Shown: positions 11,501-22,453 of the stretch, in pieces | How the letters are laid out: the number at the start of each line of letters is the position of its first letter | Numbering within the stretch: the stretch's first letter is position 1 | Assembly: GCA_001275005.1 (NCBI GenBank) | Contig: JWZX01003253.1 | Coordinates: forward strand, 1 to 64,000 | Reading direction: 5' to 3' | Length of the DNA: 64,000 nucleotides | From: Chrysochromulina tobinii | Taxonomy: Eukaryota | The notes under the pieces: generated by a model | The model's input: the letters and a program-made list of their open reading frames with translations, nothing else | The model's database searches: none | Told to the model about the DNA's origin: nothing | Translations under genes and position numbers: made by a program

Positions 11501-14416
11501 CACGAGCGCGAGGGACGCGCTGACACTGACGTTGCCGCCCGCGAGCGCCGACCCTCTGATGCCCAGGCGCAGCGTCACCCAAACTGTTGGGGAAGCTGGC
11601 GGCGCGTTGGCGGCGAGGCGAGGTACCTTGAGAGCGCGAGACGCGCCAAATGCCTCTCCCACGCCCAGGCGACGCTTAGGCTGCGGCGGCGGCAGCCATC
11701 TCGCGAGATGCCGATCGTTGAGCCCAACGGGCAGGATCGCGCCCGCGCGCTGTGCTGAGCGCCGGTCGACGCTCGAGAGACCCTCGGTCGCATAGATGCC
11801 GATCCGCTTGAGCCAGCCGAGCCGCGTCATGACGCGCAGCACGTTGGCGTCGACGGCAAAGTCGACGCGCCCCATGCGATAGAGAAGGAGGCACGCGATC
11901 GACTTGCCGGAGAGACCATTGTAGCTGAGCAGGTACCTACGTATTTGGTCGGATGGCCACTGATGCAGCCTCTCGAGCGAGGTCGCCACGCCACCCGAGT
12001 CCTCAAACACGCGCCCGAGCAAGGCGTGTATGCGCTCCGCCTTCATGTGAAAGTACGGCCCATGCCAGATGCACGGTTCAATATCCTCGGGTCGGCGCTG
12101 ACGAATGAGATCCCAATCTGGCTCATTGGGAAGCTCGGCGCTCGGGAATGTGGCCGCCAGGTTGGCGTACCCGATCGACGACCACGAGTTCCGGCACGTC
12201 TGTGCGCAGATGAGCCCGACCAGCGTGCCCAACACTGACGTGGACCAATCGAGCCGCGTGAACGGCAGCTCGCCATACACCGCCTCGAGCGCCGTGTTGA
12301 AGCTTTGCATCTTGCGCTCGACATTCTCGGCGGTGAGCGGCTCGAAGGCTGCGGCGCACGCCTCGTAGCGCGCGCGCGTTGCCTCGCTCGCTGCAACGGC
12401 CGCGGCGACGGCGGCCGCCGAGTCGAGCTCGGCCCCCGCCACATTGGCGCCACTCGGTGCGGCGGCGGCAGCAGCACCATCTGCAGCATCCGCCGCATAG
12501 GCGACAGCTACAACAGCTGCGACAGGCAGAGGGCCGAGCGTTGCACGAGCTAGCGGCACGCTGCCCCCTGGCAGCTCACGTATCTCGGTGAGAATCTCGG
12601 GGAGATGGAGAAGCGTACCGGTGGGCGCTAGCGGCACGGCTGCTGCTGCTGGGGGCATGGCTCCCGCAAGGGTCGTCGGTGCCACGGGCTCGGTCCCTTC
12701 TGCTGATGGAGAACGCTGCGTGCTGGTGCTGTGCAAGCCCACGGAGGCATCATCCGCTGCTATGCCGATCGCCGACGGCACCGCCGTCACACGCAACCCC
12801 CCCTGATCGGTTGCAACGCTCTCATCCGCAGTGGAGGTGGCAGCCTTTCCAGCCTTTCGGGCGAGTGTCCACGGATTCACGCGCGCCCGACCTGTGATGG
12901 CCGTGGTGCCGTACGGGTCAGCATGCGCCGCGGAAGGCAGCAGTGTGGAGCAGCCGGATCCTGACGCTCTCGCTGCCGCCGCCGCCGCCGCCGCCGGCGC
13001 GCTGCCTGCGGCGACGGCAGCAGCGGCAGGGCCGCGGGCACTGCGCGAGCGCCGCTCGAGAAGCTGAATGCCCCTTCCGGGAGGTTCGCCGCTGCAGTAG
13101 GGGCACTCATACGTCGCATCGTCCTCCGCAAAGGCGGCGGAGCTCGCAGGTGGCAGTTTTTCGCAAGCCACATGCACCCACAGTCCACACGCATCGCACG
13201 CGATCATGTCGTCATCCGATCGTGACCGTTTGGAGGCCTTGGAGGTGACCCCAGCCTCGGCAGCCCAGGGGCCGAAGCAGATGGCACAGCAGCCCGCGCG
13301 CTCGCATTGCCGGCGGCGTGCATCCACGATCATCGCTCCCTCGCCAAATCGCGTCCCACGGCACGCGGCGCAGTGGTAGGCACGATCGCCATCAAAGTCT
13401 TCAGCGCTCCCCGCGGGCAGTGCCTCGCATGAAATGTGCACCCACACACCGCACCGGTCGCAGCCGACAGCCTCCTCGCCGGTGGTGCATTTCGTCTCGC
13501 ACGCGGGGCACGTGTCCGTCGCGAGCCAATGGCGCAGGCGCACCTGCTCGATGACGTTGCCCTCGCCCGGCCGGCAGCCGCGGCAGGCGGCGCACGTGTA
13601 GTGCACGTCGTCAAAATCGACCGTGTGCGTGCAGTGCACGGGCAGTGCCTCGCATGAGACGTGCACCCAGCGCGCGCATGATTCACACTGGAGCATCTCC
13701 TCAGGCATCGCCGCCGCGCCCGCCTCCGGCTCCGCGTACAGCCGCTCGCACAGCGGGCAGTACTCGTCTGAGTGGCAGCGGCGCGTGCATGCTGGGCAAA
13801 GGCCAACCTCGTCCTGCGGGAGCGCCTCACTCAGCCCGAGACGCGCAACCAGCAGCGGCGTCACTGGCGTCGCCGTGCACCTGCAGTCGAGCGCTCTCTC
13901 CGTGCGTTGGCAGCCAGCGCACGCGACGCTCGTGCTGAGGGCACGACGTGAGGGCAGTACGAGGAGCTCGCCAGGCGCTGCCTGCCGACATGCAGGGCAC
14001 TCGTACTCAACGGTCGCCCACCGATCCGCTTGCCTCGCGCTCAGCCTGTCGCAACTGAAGTGCACCCAGAGCTCGCACCGGCCACATTGGAGCATCTGAA
14101 TTGAGGGCAGCTCCTCGCCGTCAAGCACGTTGCGCCACGCGACCAGACATACTGGGCAGTACTCGCGCTGCGCCTCGATCTGCTCTTCGCGTGTGCGCAC
14201 TATTGGAGCGCAGTGCTCACATAGCGCACGTCCCTTGCCGTCGATTTGTACCTCGTGGGCCAAGTCCTCCACGCTCAGGCACGCCTCGCACGCCGCACAT
14301 TGAACCTCCCCAGCGCGCCGCCGGCCGCGACTGCCGGCCAGTGGTGCTAGGGCCGTCTTTGGTCGCCCCATCGGCTCCTTGCCACGAGCGGTAGCGCTTC
14401 TCGGTACTCGAGCATG

Positions 14417-14449
<33 letters not shown>

Positions 14450-15436
14450 ACGGTCGCTGTCCTCACCGGTTATGCATTTGCGGCGACCCAAACGGTTGTC
14501 CGAGACGGGCGAGGCGGTCGGTTTTGGCCGTTGCGACCGACGGTTGTAACGGTTGTCCGCCGTTGCAACGAGCTCGCGAGGCCGCAGCCGCTTGGATTGG
14601 TTGATGGGCGTCTCGACAGGCCGTCCAGCGCTGTCACTGTCAGTGACCGCAGTGACCGCGTGGCCAAGCGCCTCAGACGCCGCATCGGGCGCCGCCTCCT
14701 CCACCGCCTCGTCCACCGCCCCGTCCTCCGCCTCGCACGCCGCCTCTGGCACCGCCTCGGGTGCCCGCTCATCTGCGGCCTCGTCTGCCCGAGGCGCCGC
14801 CACTTGTCCAACCGCCGGCGGTGCCTCCGCTGCCTCTTGCTCGCCCTCTACTACACGCGCCTCGGGACCCGCGGCCTCTGGACCCGGGGCCTCGATGCAT
14901 CGCACAAGCAGTTTGATGCCCACGCTCCACGGCACAAACACATTCAGGCCGTGGTTGGGCTCGAGGTCGACGAAACGAAGGCCCGGATGGCGCCAAAAGT
15001 TGTGCCCGTTCGAGACGACGATGAGTCGTTCGGAGCCGGCCGCGCGCGCGCATTCGTGCACGTACTCCACCATGGACCGGCCGAGCCCCTTGCGCTCCTC
15101 GTTGCGGTCCACGGCGAGAAGCAGGAGCTCTGTAAAGTTGCGTTGGCTTGCGCTCGCACGCCGTGGCCGCTCGACGTGCCGGAAGCACGCTGCAACCACC
15201 ACGCGGCAACGCGCTACCGTGCCGATGGCACAGCAGTAAGCCTCGCGCTCCTTGGCCGCGAGCGGCCGCTTTGAGAGGTGACAGTGCATCTCGCCCTTCG
15301 AGAAGCCAAGCAGCTTCGAGATGAGCTGCGAGTTGTCCTTCGTGAGCTTACTCGAGGCGAGGCGCGAGGTGAGCAAATCGCACGCCATGCGCTTCGAGGA
15401 AACGTCCTCGACGGTCGTAAACTCGCGCGACATCAT
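8564..15436 (-). CDS. DEMETER/ROS1-like HhH-GPD [4Fe-4S] DNA glycosylase fused to an N-terminal GCN5-type GNAT, 4 PHD fingers, an HMG box, the RRM-DME domain and a C-terminal J-like domain
   Basis: Domain A SVLGTLVGLICAQTCRNSWSSIGYANLAATFP; HhH GLSGKSIACLLL with catalytic Lys; FAVDANVLRVMTRLGW with catalytic Asp; Fe-S motif CGETPQCGDCPLRSNC; RRM-DME GRLLLSPWTAFQGVFPMHGTYFAQNEVFED; GNAT FTELLLLAV...RKGLG; four C4HC3 PHD fingers; HMG PKTAHDIYVEAMR...QWKQMDAAERAPW; RKLMVVLHPDRGG. Confidence 0.92.
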
Positions 15437-15606
15437 TGAGTTAGCGTCGGAGCTCGGCGCTCCCTACGTGCTCGCGTTTCAGGAAATTCAATTCAAGACA
15501 AGACAACACATGAGAACAGGAACTCTGGTTACCCCTTGCTTGCCCATCGAACCGGCGTTCCCCGATCCCCTGACGAAACGCACCGTGACGAATCATAACC
15601 GTTCTT

Positions 15607-18330
15607 ATGCCGCCAGCCGCTCCGCGACCTCTACCGCGACCGCTGCTGTCCCTCCTGCTCCTCTGCCTCTGTGCCGTGCCACTCGCCGCACAACCGACAC
15701 ACGTCTCGTGGGCGCAAGAGTCTGCTGCCAACAGCGGACCGGGCCTCCGCGCAGGCGTTGCATACTCACCGCAGGCTCTGAGCACGCTCGCCGGCGGCGT
15801 GCTCGCGGACGTGCTATGGATGTTCGGCGGCATCAGCTCGACGCTGCCGCTCAGCTACTCGGATGAGCTGTGGTCGTACAGGAGGACGGACAACTCCTCC
15901 TCGTGGGCGCTCATGCCTCCTGGGAGCTCTGCCATCGACAGGCCAACGCCGCGCGTCGGGAGCGCACTGTGCGCGGTCGGGCACTTTATCTACGTCTACG
16001 GCGGTGCGAGCTTCGCGGCGAATGCGCACGCCGATCTCTACCGCTTCGACACGGCGCAGCGTCAATGGTTGCTCCAGCTGCCGCCCGGCACCGCGCCTGG
16101 CGCGCTCGCCTACCATGCAATGAGCTGCGTGGGCGGCACAGTCTACCTGTCGGGTGGCGAGGACGCGAGTGGCACGCTGCGGAGCAGCACGTACGCGCTC
16201 CTGGACGCCGGCAATCCGGCGTTGATTCGGTGGAGCAGCCCCGTCATGAGCGGCGCGCCGCCGACGGCGCGCCGCGGCCACTCGCTCACAGCGGCCGACA
16301 ACTCGCGCCTGGTGCTCTTCGGTGGGCGCGGCCCGTCTGGCAGCTTTCTGAACGACGCGTACCTGCTCAGGACAGGCACGCTCGAGTGGGTGTCGCTCGC
16401 GACGCTGGGCGCGCGCCCCGCCGGGCGCGAGGGCCACGTCGCCGTCGTGCTCAGCGAGCGTCTGTACGTCTTCGGCGGCGCCGATGCGCTCGGCAGCCGC
16501 AACGACGTCGTCTCACTCGACCTGAGCTCCCTTATTTGGTCGTACCCGGCGGCAGCGGGCACGCTGCCGACGCCGCGGTGGGGCACGCTCGGCGCGAAGC
16601 TCAACGAGAAGCTCTACGTGTACGGCGGCCTCTCGACGAGCAGCCAGCTGCTCGGCGATATGTGGTCGATGTCGCGTCAGTGCCATGGGCGCGTGCACCT
16701 GCGGGCATCCCGCGCCACCTTCGCCTCGGGCGAGGGCGTGTACGGGCCGAATGCGCGCTGCGAATGGCTGATCGCGCCCACGGCGCCCGACCGGCAGGTG
16801 CGCCTCTTCTTCTCCGCATTCGGACTCGAGGATGGCGCCGACTACGTGCGCGTGTATGACGGGACCGAGGCGAGCCGCCCGCTGCTCGCGGCCTTCACTG
16901 GGCAGGGGCTGCCACAGTCGCTCGTCTCGAGCAACGGCTCGCTGCTCGTAGTGATGACAACGGATGGATCGACGCAAGACGTCGGCTTTCGCGCGTCCTA
17001 CTCGAGCGAGTGTGCTGAAGGCTTCAGGCCGAGCTTCACCAACCCGACGACCGACGACACATGCTATCCTTGCTCTCCGGGTACGTACGCCCCCTCCCCA
17101 GGGCTGCGCGGGTGCACGCCATGCCCGTCGCACGAGTTCCAGCCCGCGTATGGGCAGTCGAGTTGTCTCGAGTGCGCCGCCGCCTCGCGTGCCCCGTACG
17201 AAGGCGCACACGCCGCGTCCGAGTGCCTGTGCTATGTGGGCTTCCACAGCCCCGGAGGCTTGGGTACCGGCTGCGTGGCTTGTCCGAACGGCGCCGAGTG
17301 TCCGGGAGGCGCCTCAGAGGCGATCGTGCACGTGGGCTTCTGCCGGTACAACGCGACGCACACGAAGCCGTGCTGCGAGCCTGATCAGTGCCGGGGTGGC
17401 ACGGATGCCGTGTGCCCAACCGACGTGGGTGCCGCGGGCGCGGACGAGTGCGTCGAGTTCTTGATCCTCACCTTCGGTGTGAACACCTTCATCATCGTGT
17501 GCGCGGTGGTGCTCGGTGCGGCGCTGTGCATGGGCTTGCTCACGTACTACTTCGGCCGGCGTGCGGGCATTGCGTACGGGCTGCGCGACTACATGCGCCA
17601 GCTGCACCTCTCTAGCGTCGGCCCCAAGCTGGGCAGCGAGATCCACGCGTACACGTCCAACTTTGAGATGCAGACGCAGGCGCCGTCCAACCGGCGCCGG
17701 GGGTTCGAGGTGCTCGAACGAATCACCGAGGAGCCCGCAGGGGTGGGGATGGTCGACGCTAGCACTACGGGTACGGCGCCAAGGGATCCTCGGAATCCGG
17801 CCCGATTGCTCAATGCGGCGTTACGTGACGCTCCAAAGACATACATGCAAGTGCCGGTGGTCAGCCTGGAGGCCGTCCAGACACTCGAGGCTCGCCTGTG
17901 TGCCGCGTCGCCGAGCGCGGCCGCTGCCGAAGCACCCGTGCCGCCGCTCTCGCTCAGCACGCTGCAGCAAGCCGAGGCTGACCTCTTCCCGCCCTCGACG
18001 GCCGGGCACAGTTTCGATGCGCGCAGTGCGGACGCGCGCAGTGCGGGCGCCGGGGTGGGCGGCCTGCAACAGGACGGTGCGTCCACTTACGGCGGCAGCT
18101 TGGGAGAGGTTGAGCCCGCCCCACCCACGCCACCACGAGCCAAGAATCGGCTCATGATCAACACCGGCGCACCAAACAATGAGGGACGCTGGTCGCAGCC
18201 GATCAAGTGGACGAGTTCTATGCAGGCGTCGCCAGTCGGATCTTTCCACCCGAGCCTCGCCCCATCCGAAGGCCAAAGCGTCGCAGGGAGGAGCGCGCGG
18301 TACACACGCGAGGGTCAAGACGGACAGTGA
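15607..18330 (+). CDS. Type I membrane protein with Kelch propeller, CUB domain and Cys-rich (GCC2/GCC3-like) repeats; attractin/MEGF8-like
   Basis: Signal peptide; repeated [YF]GG...D.W/Y Kelch blades; CUB YGPNARCEWLI...DYVRVYDG...GFRASY; CYPCSPGTY and CTPCPSHEFQ repeats; one TM helix; disordered cytosolic tail. Confidence 0.88.
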   Translation: MPPAAPRPLPRPLLSLLLLCLCAVPLAAQPTHVSWAQESAANSGPGLRAGVAYSPQALSTLAGGVLADVLWMFGGISSTLPLSYSDELWSYRRTDNSSSWALMPPGSSAIDRPTPRVGSALCAVGHFIYVYGGASFAANAHADLYRFDTAQRQWLLQLPPGTAPGALAYHAMSCVGGTVYLSGGEDASGTLRSSTYALLDAGNPALIRWSSPVMSGAPPTARRGHSLTAADNSRLVLFGGRGPSGSFLNDAYLLRTGTLEWVSLATLGARPAGREGHVAVVLSERLYVFGGADALGSRNDVVSLDLSSLIWSYPAAAGTLPTPRWGTLGAKLNEKLYVYGGLSTSSQLLGDMWSMSRQCHGRVHLRASRATFASGEGVYGPNARCEWLIAPTAPDRQVRLFFSAFGLEDGADYVRVYDGTEASRPLLAAFTGQGLPQSLVSSNGSLLVVMTTDGSTQDVGFRASYSSECAEGFRPSFTNPTTDDTCYPCSPGTYAPSPGLRGCTPCPSHEFQPAYGQSSCLECAAASRAPYEGAHAASECLCYVGFHSPGGLGTGCVACPNGAECPGGASEAIVHVGFCRYNATHTKPCCEPDQCRGGTDAVCPTDVGAAGADECVEFLILTFGVNTFIIVCAVVLGAALCMGLLTYYFGRRAGIAYGLRDYMRQLHLSSVGPKLGSEIHAYTSNFEMQTQAPSNRRRGFEVLERITEEPAGVGMVDASTTGTAPRDPRNPARLLNAALRDAPKTYMQVPVVSLEAVQTLEARLCAASPSAAAAEAPVPPLSLSTLQQAEADLFPPSTAGHSFDARSADARSAGAGVGGLQQDGASTYGGSLGEVEPAPPTPPRAKNRLMINTGAPNNEGRWSQPIKWTSSMQASPVGSFHPSLAPSEGQSVAGRSARYTREGQDGQ

Positions 18331-18844
18331 GCGCAACGACCCCCCAAATTTCAAATCAAAAATTGACAAATCGACATCTATGTTGCACTCGTACTAACCT
18401 CTAACGTTACAGCCTTGACTCTTTCAAACTCCTTATCATTCCGGGCATGCTTCCATGCATGCTTCATGCTGATGCGTCACGCGCCGCAGAGGCAGCGCAG
18501 TCATGGCCGCAGTACACAGTTCCGCGCGTGATCCGTCGCAGACTATTTAGAGCGTGCAGCTGAGCAGTAATACATGCACTGCCCCTTTGCCTCTCCAGGC
18601 TGCCGTTGAAGCTCATTGCGACTCTTCGGCTGCTCAAACGGCGAACGCCGTTTTGCGTTTCAAACGGCCCGCGTACACTTCCGCCATGACACTTCCGCGT
18701 CAGAAGCTCCTCCATGAACAAGGTAAGCGCCTCGCAATTGGGGTGGCAGCAGCGCTCGCTCTAGTTCAACGACATTGAGCATATCACGCCTGAGGCTCAT
18801 CCGCTATAGCACGACACGGTTGACACATACTTGGTCAATACCGT

Positions 18845-19222
18845 TCATTTCGCATCCGCGTCGAAAATGTCGCCCAACCCTCTCGCACGCAAATCGTTCC
18901 TCGCGGCGGCGATTTGCTCTCGCAACTCTACAGCGGCGTCCGTGCACTCGCGGAGACGGATCAGGTTGAGCGAGATTGTGCCTAAGGACCAGCAGCCAAA
19001 CCAAATCAGCGCGAGGCACGGTAACTGCGAACATGACATCCGGGAGAGAAGACAAGCACCGTGAGCCCGCCTGCTGTCAGAGAGCGCGACGCATGTGTGA
19101 CGTACCGCGGAGACAACTTGCTGGCCGCTCGGCGAGAGCGGGATGGCGAGCTCGAGGTAAAGTGCGAGCCACACAGCGGCTGAGGCGGTCAGTACGCCAA
19201 GGTAGAGCGGCCCGGACTTCAT
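18845..19222 (-). CDS. DPM3: Dolichol-phosphate mannosyltransferase subunit 3, 2 exons (intron 19025-19105)
   Basis: Two TM helices and LP..L..FGCWSL..I......C.DAA.EL..QI..AR.DL..RG, the DPM3 pattern; GTACG donor and CAG acceptor delimit an 81-bp intron. Confidence 0.85.
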   Translation of the reverse strand: MKSGPLYLGVLTASAAVWLALYLELAIPLSPSGQQVVSAVRHTCVALSDSRRAHGACLLSRMSCSQLPCLALIWFGCWSLGTISLNLIRLRECTDAAVELREQIAAARNDLRARGLGDIFDADAK

Positions 19223-19422
19223 TCCTCGAGAAAATGCGCGCCGTTTCGGCGCTAGGATGCACCGGTCAGTTTCGTCGCGGTCCACCGCACCGCCTCAAAA
19301 GACGCCTCCGCACCCACTTCATACAGTCTTCCCGAGTTCATATCCACGTACATCTACACAGGGGCCGCGCAGCACACACACATCCACTCCACCGACGGAC
19401 ACACATATTTGAGAGCACGGGC

Positions 19423-21795
19423 TCATGCTCGAAGAGCCTCCGCACTCTCGAGACCTTTCGTGAACTCCACCAACGTGACCTTTCCATCGCCGTCCACATC
19501 AAGCACGCTCATCGCGCTCGCGATCTCCTCGTCGCTGTAGCCGCGCTCATTCATGTGCGCCGCGAGCTCCTCCTTCGAGACTGTGCCCGAGCCGTCCGTG
19601 TCAACGAGCCCGAACATCTCGGCCGCCTTCATCGATGGGGAAGGGGCCTCCTCACCCGTCGCCGTGGCTGGCGGCGAAGACGTATCGTTCCGCACTGACG
19701 GCGTCAAGAAGGCGCTGAAGAAGGAAAACGGCAGCGCAAAAGACGAGGGGACAGCGGCGACGACCTCGGGGTGCGCGCTCGTCGCCGCCACCGGCTCCTC
19801 CGTCGGCACCGCCGAAGCCACCGCCGTCTCCTCTTCGGCCGTGAGCGCCAACTCCCGCCGGGCAGAGACCGCTTCGACTACATCAGCGGTGTACGACTTG
19901 ATTCCACCACCGATCCGCAAGGCCGCGGCCTTCACAAACATCGACTTCTGACTGCCAAGTCGCGAAGCGGTCTTCACCGCTGCAGCCGCCGCCTGAGCAC
20001 CAGGGGCGGCCGCCGCCTCGGCATCAGGGGCGGCCGCCGCCTCATTCTGATCAAACTGGCTGAGTAATGAGTTGACGTCTTCCATCGACGTGATCAATGA
20101 GTCGTCCTCGTTCGGATCCGACGCACCGGTACTTGGTCCCAAGGACTCCTCAGCTGACACCTCCTGCGCAAGCGCAAACATACCCTTGGCCTCTTGGCGC
20201 TCCTTTTCGACCCACTCGGCATCCACCTCCTGAGCCTGATCGATCAACGACATCAGCATCGAGTCGAGCTCCTCTAGCCCAACTCCCTCTGCTGCCGCCT
20301 CCTGGCCGTTGGCGGCAGGCCCTGCACGGGCAGGGTCGTTGTCGCCTGCATGCACACGTATTCCGGAGGCGTTGGATGCCCACGAGAGCGCGGCCAGGCG
20401 TCTATCCCTCCGCTTGACTCCCGCCTGAGGCACGGGTGCATCTGGGTCTGACTCTGGGGCATAAGATGCTTCGGGAGCATTCACGGCCCTGTCCGCTTCC
20501 TCTAGCATTTCGTCGAGAATCGGGTCATTTACCCTGTCCGCATCCTCTAGCATTTCGTCGAGAATCGAGTCAATGAGAGGCTGGGCGGCAGCCAATTCAG
20601 AGGCGAAGGCGGCGGCGGCTTCGGCGCGGGCGGCTTCTTCGGCGAGGCGCTCGCGCTTGAACTCTTTGGCGGCCTCGCGCCACTGCTCGAAGATGGGTTG
20701 CTGCTTTCCGTATCGCAGCCGCATCAGTGCCTTGTGAAGGACCGTTTGCCGGCGCTGGGACGCAAAGAGCGCCTCGAGCCCGGGGTACAGCGCAGCCGTC
20801 TCGCGAATGAACGTCTCCTGGTGTAAGCGTAGGAAGATGGCGAGCATCGTCTGCATCCACTCAAAGTCGCCACCACGGTGATTCACATTCGCGATCGTAC
20901 GCCCAAACAGTCGAAGGACCGCTCGGACTTCGCGGAGACCCTCTGTCAGCCCATCAGGCCCCTTGAGAGGCCCACCGCTACTCCCGACTGAACGCAGCGC
21001 GGTGTCGAGTTCCGAGGCGTTGAGGCTCATGAGATGGCGGATCACAGCCTCATCCGCTGCAAGCCCCTCCACCTCCGCCGCCGTCTTCGCCGCGCGCGCG
21101 GACTTCTTCTTCGAATTCGGTGCCGACTGGGCGGCGGCGGCGGCGACGACGACCTTTTCGTTGGCCTCCTCGGCAACGAGGACGAGGGTCTGCAGCGTCG
21201 TGCGCAAGGTTGAGATGAACTGCGGCCTTTTGCTCTTCGCCGGCGACGTTCTGCCTGGCGACTTGCCTGGCGACTTGCCTGGCGAAAGCACCCTTTCCTC
21301 GGCAAACAGAGCGGGGTCATAGCTGCTCATCTTGAGGAGCGTCCACCAGCCACTGACCGCCACGATCCATCCGTCGAACGGTTCTTTGTACTCCTCCTCT
21401 GCGAGCACGAAAGCTCGCTCCCCGTTGACGTAAAATATGAGCTTGCCGGTCGGGACCGGGACCTCAGCGTTACTGTTTGACGGCCGCCATTCGATGCGTA
21501 CGGTGTCACCGACATTGAAGCGTGGAAGTTGGTGATTAAATGATATGGCTTCACACCTCTTGCCGTCCACCCAAAAGCAGCCACAGGACGAGATACCCAC
21601 GCCGCCAGCCTGGCGTCCCAGCCATGCGTGGACAGTGCTGTCGGGCTTCACGAAGCCAATTGTGGCTGAATAGTTGCGTTTCTGTTGATCCAGGCGGAAC
21701 TCAAAGTCTTTGGCGAGCTCGCGAGTCAGCCACTTGTCCGTTCGAGCCGTCATCTGCATCCACGGCTGCCGCTTCGAAGAACGTAGCGCGTGCAC
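19423..21795 (-). CDS. Protein with SPRY-like N-terminus, Utp21/WDR36 C-terminal-like helical domain, coiled coil and C-terminal EF-hand pair (start codon uncertain)
   Basis: ATIGFV...FNVGDTVRI...GKLIFYVNGE (SPRY-like); LMSLNASELDTALRSV...DFEWMQTMLAIFLRLH (Utp21-like); DTDGSGTVSKEE and DVDGDGKVTLVE EF loops. Confidence 0.7.
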   Translation of the reverse strand: MHALRSSKRQPWMQMTARTDKWLTRELAKDFEFRLDQQKRNYSATIGFVKPDSTVHAWLGRQAGGVGISSCGCFWVDGKRCEAISFNHQLPRFNVGDTVRIEWRPSNSNAEVPVPTGKLIFYVNGERAFVLAEEEYKEPFDGWIVAVSGWWTLLKMSSYDPALFAEERVLSPGKSPGKSPGRTSPAKSKRPQFISTLRTTLQTLVLVAEEANEKVVVAAAAAQSAPNSKKKSARAAKTAAEVEGLAADEAVIRHLMSLNASELDTALRSVGSSGGPLKGPDGLTEGLREVRAVLRLFGRTIANVNHRGGDFEWMQTMLAIFLRLHQETFIRETAALYPGLEALFASQRRQTVLHKALMRLRYGKQQPIFEQWREAAKEFKRERLAEEAARAEAAAAFASELAAAQPLIDSILDEMLEDADRVNDPILDEMLEEADRAVNAPEASYAPESDPDAPVPQAGVKRRDRRLAALSWASNASGIRVHAGDNDPARAGPAANGQEAAAEGVGLEELDSMLMSLIDQAQEVDAEWVEKERQEAKGMFALAQEVSAEESLGPSTGASDPNEDDSLITSMEDVNSLLSQFDQNEAAAAPDAEAAAAPGAQAAAAAVKTASRLGSQKSMFVKAAALRIGGGIKSYTADVVEAVSARRELALTAEEETAVASAVPTEEPVAATSAHPEVVAAVPSSFALPFSFFSAFLTPSVRNDTSSPPATATGEEAPSPSMKAAEMFGLVDTDGSGTVSKEELAAHMNERGYSDEEIASAMSVLDVDGDGKVTLVEFTKGLESAEALRA

Positions 21796-22195
21796 TGATG
21801 GAGATGTTTGTGGTCGACTCCGCGAAAGTGTTTTGGTTCCGCTGTGCGAAAAACTTGGGAAGTTTCACGTTCACGTAGAATTGCACTCTCGGCCCAGGAG
21901 CACAACCACCGGTCCCGTGGAGACACACCGTGGGCGGTGCAGACTAAAAACTTGAGAAGTTTTGCAGGACGACAAAAAGAAATCTGAGCGGTTTCACCGA
22001 GAGCGCTTCAGGGCTTCAGCAGCCGGTGCACCGCGCCAGCAATGCGCGCCAGAGGCCAGTCTGTGTTTCGGGTGGTAGAAACGCCTCACGAGGCGGTGCG
22101 CGAGTGTGTCGTTCTGAGCTGACTTTTTCACGCGTGTTTTTGCAAACCCACACGATAAAACGTCTCGACGCACGTCCACGTTAAGTGGGGCGCCA

Positions 22196-22389
22196 TCAGC
22201 GCTCCGTCGTTGGACGTCGCGATCGCGAGGGACGGACGCGAGCCTCGGACGACGCTACGTTGGCTACGACTGCTGTGGCCAAGGGCGCCTCGGCGATTTT
22301 GGGAAGGAAGCCGGGCATGTCGCGAGAGTAGCGCCGTCCGGACGGTGCAGGGCTCGAGTCCGTGTGGCGGTTCAAGGCGTTTGGTACGG

Positions 22390-22453
<64 letters not shown>

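Noticed and set aside
18400..18830. Short ORFs between the Kelch-CUB gene and DPM3
   Set aside because: No homology cues or codon bias; consistent with convergent 3' UTRs.
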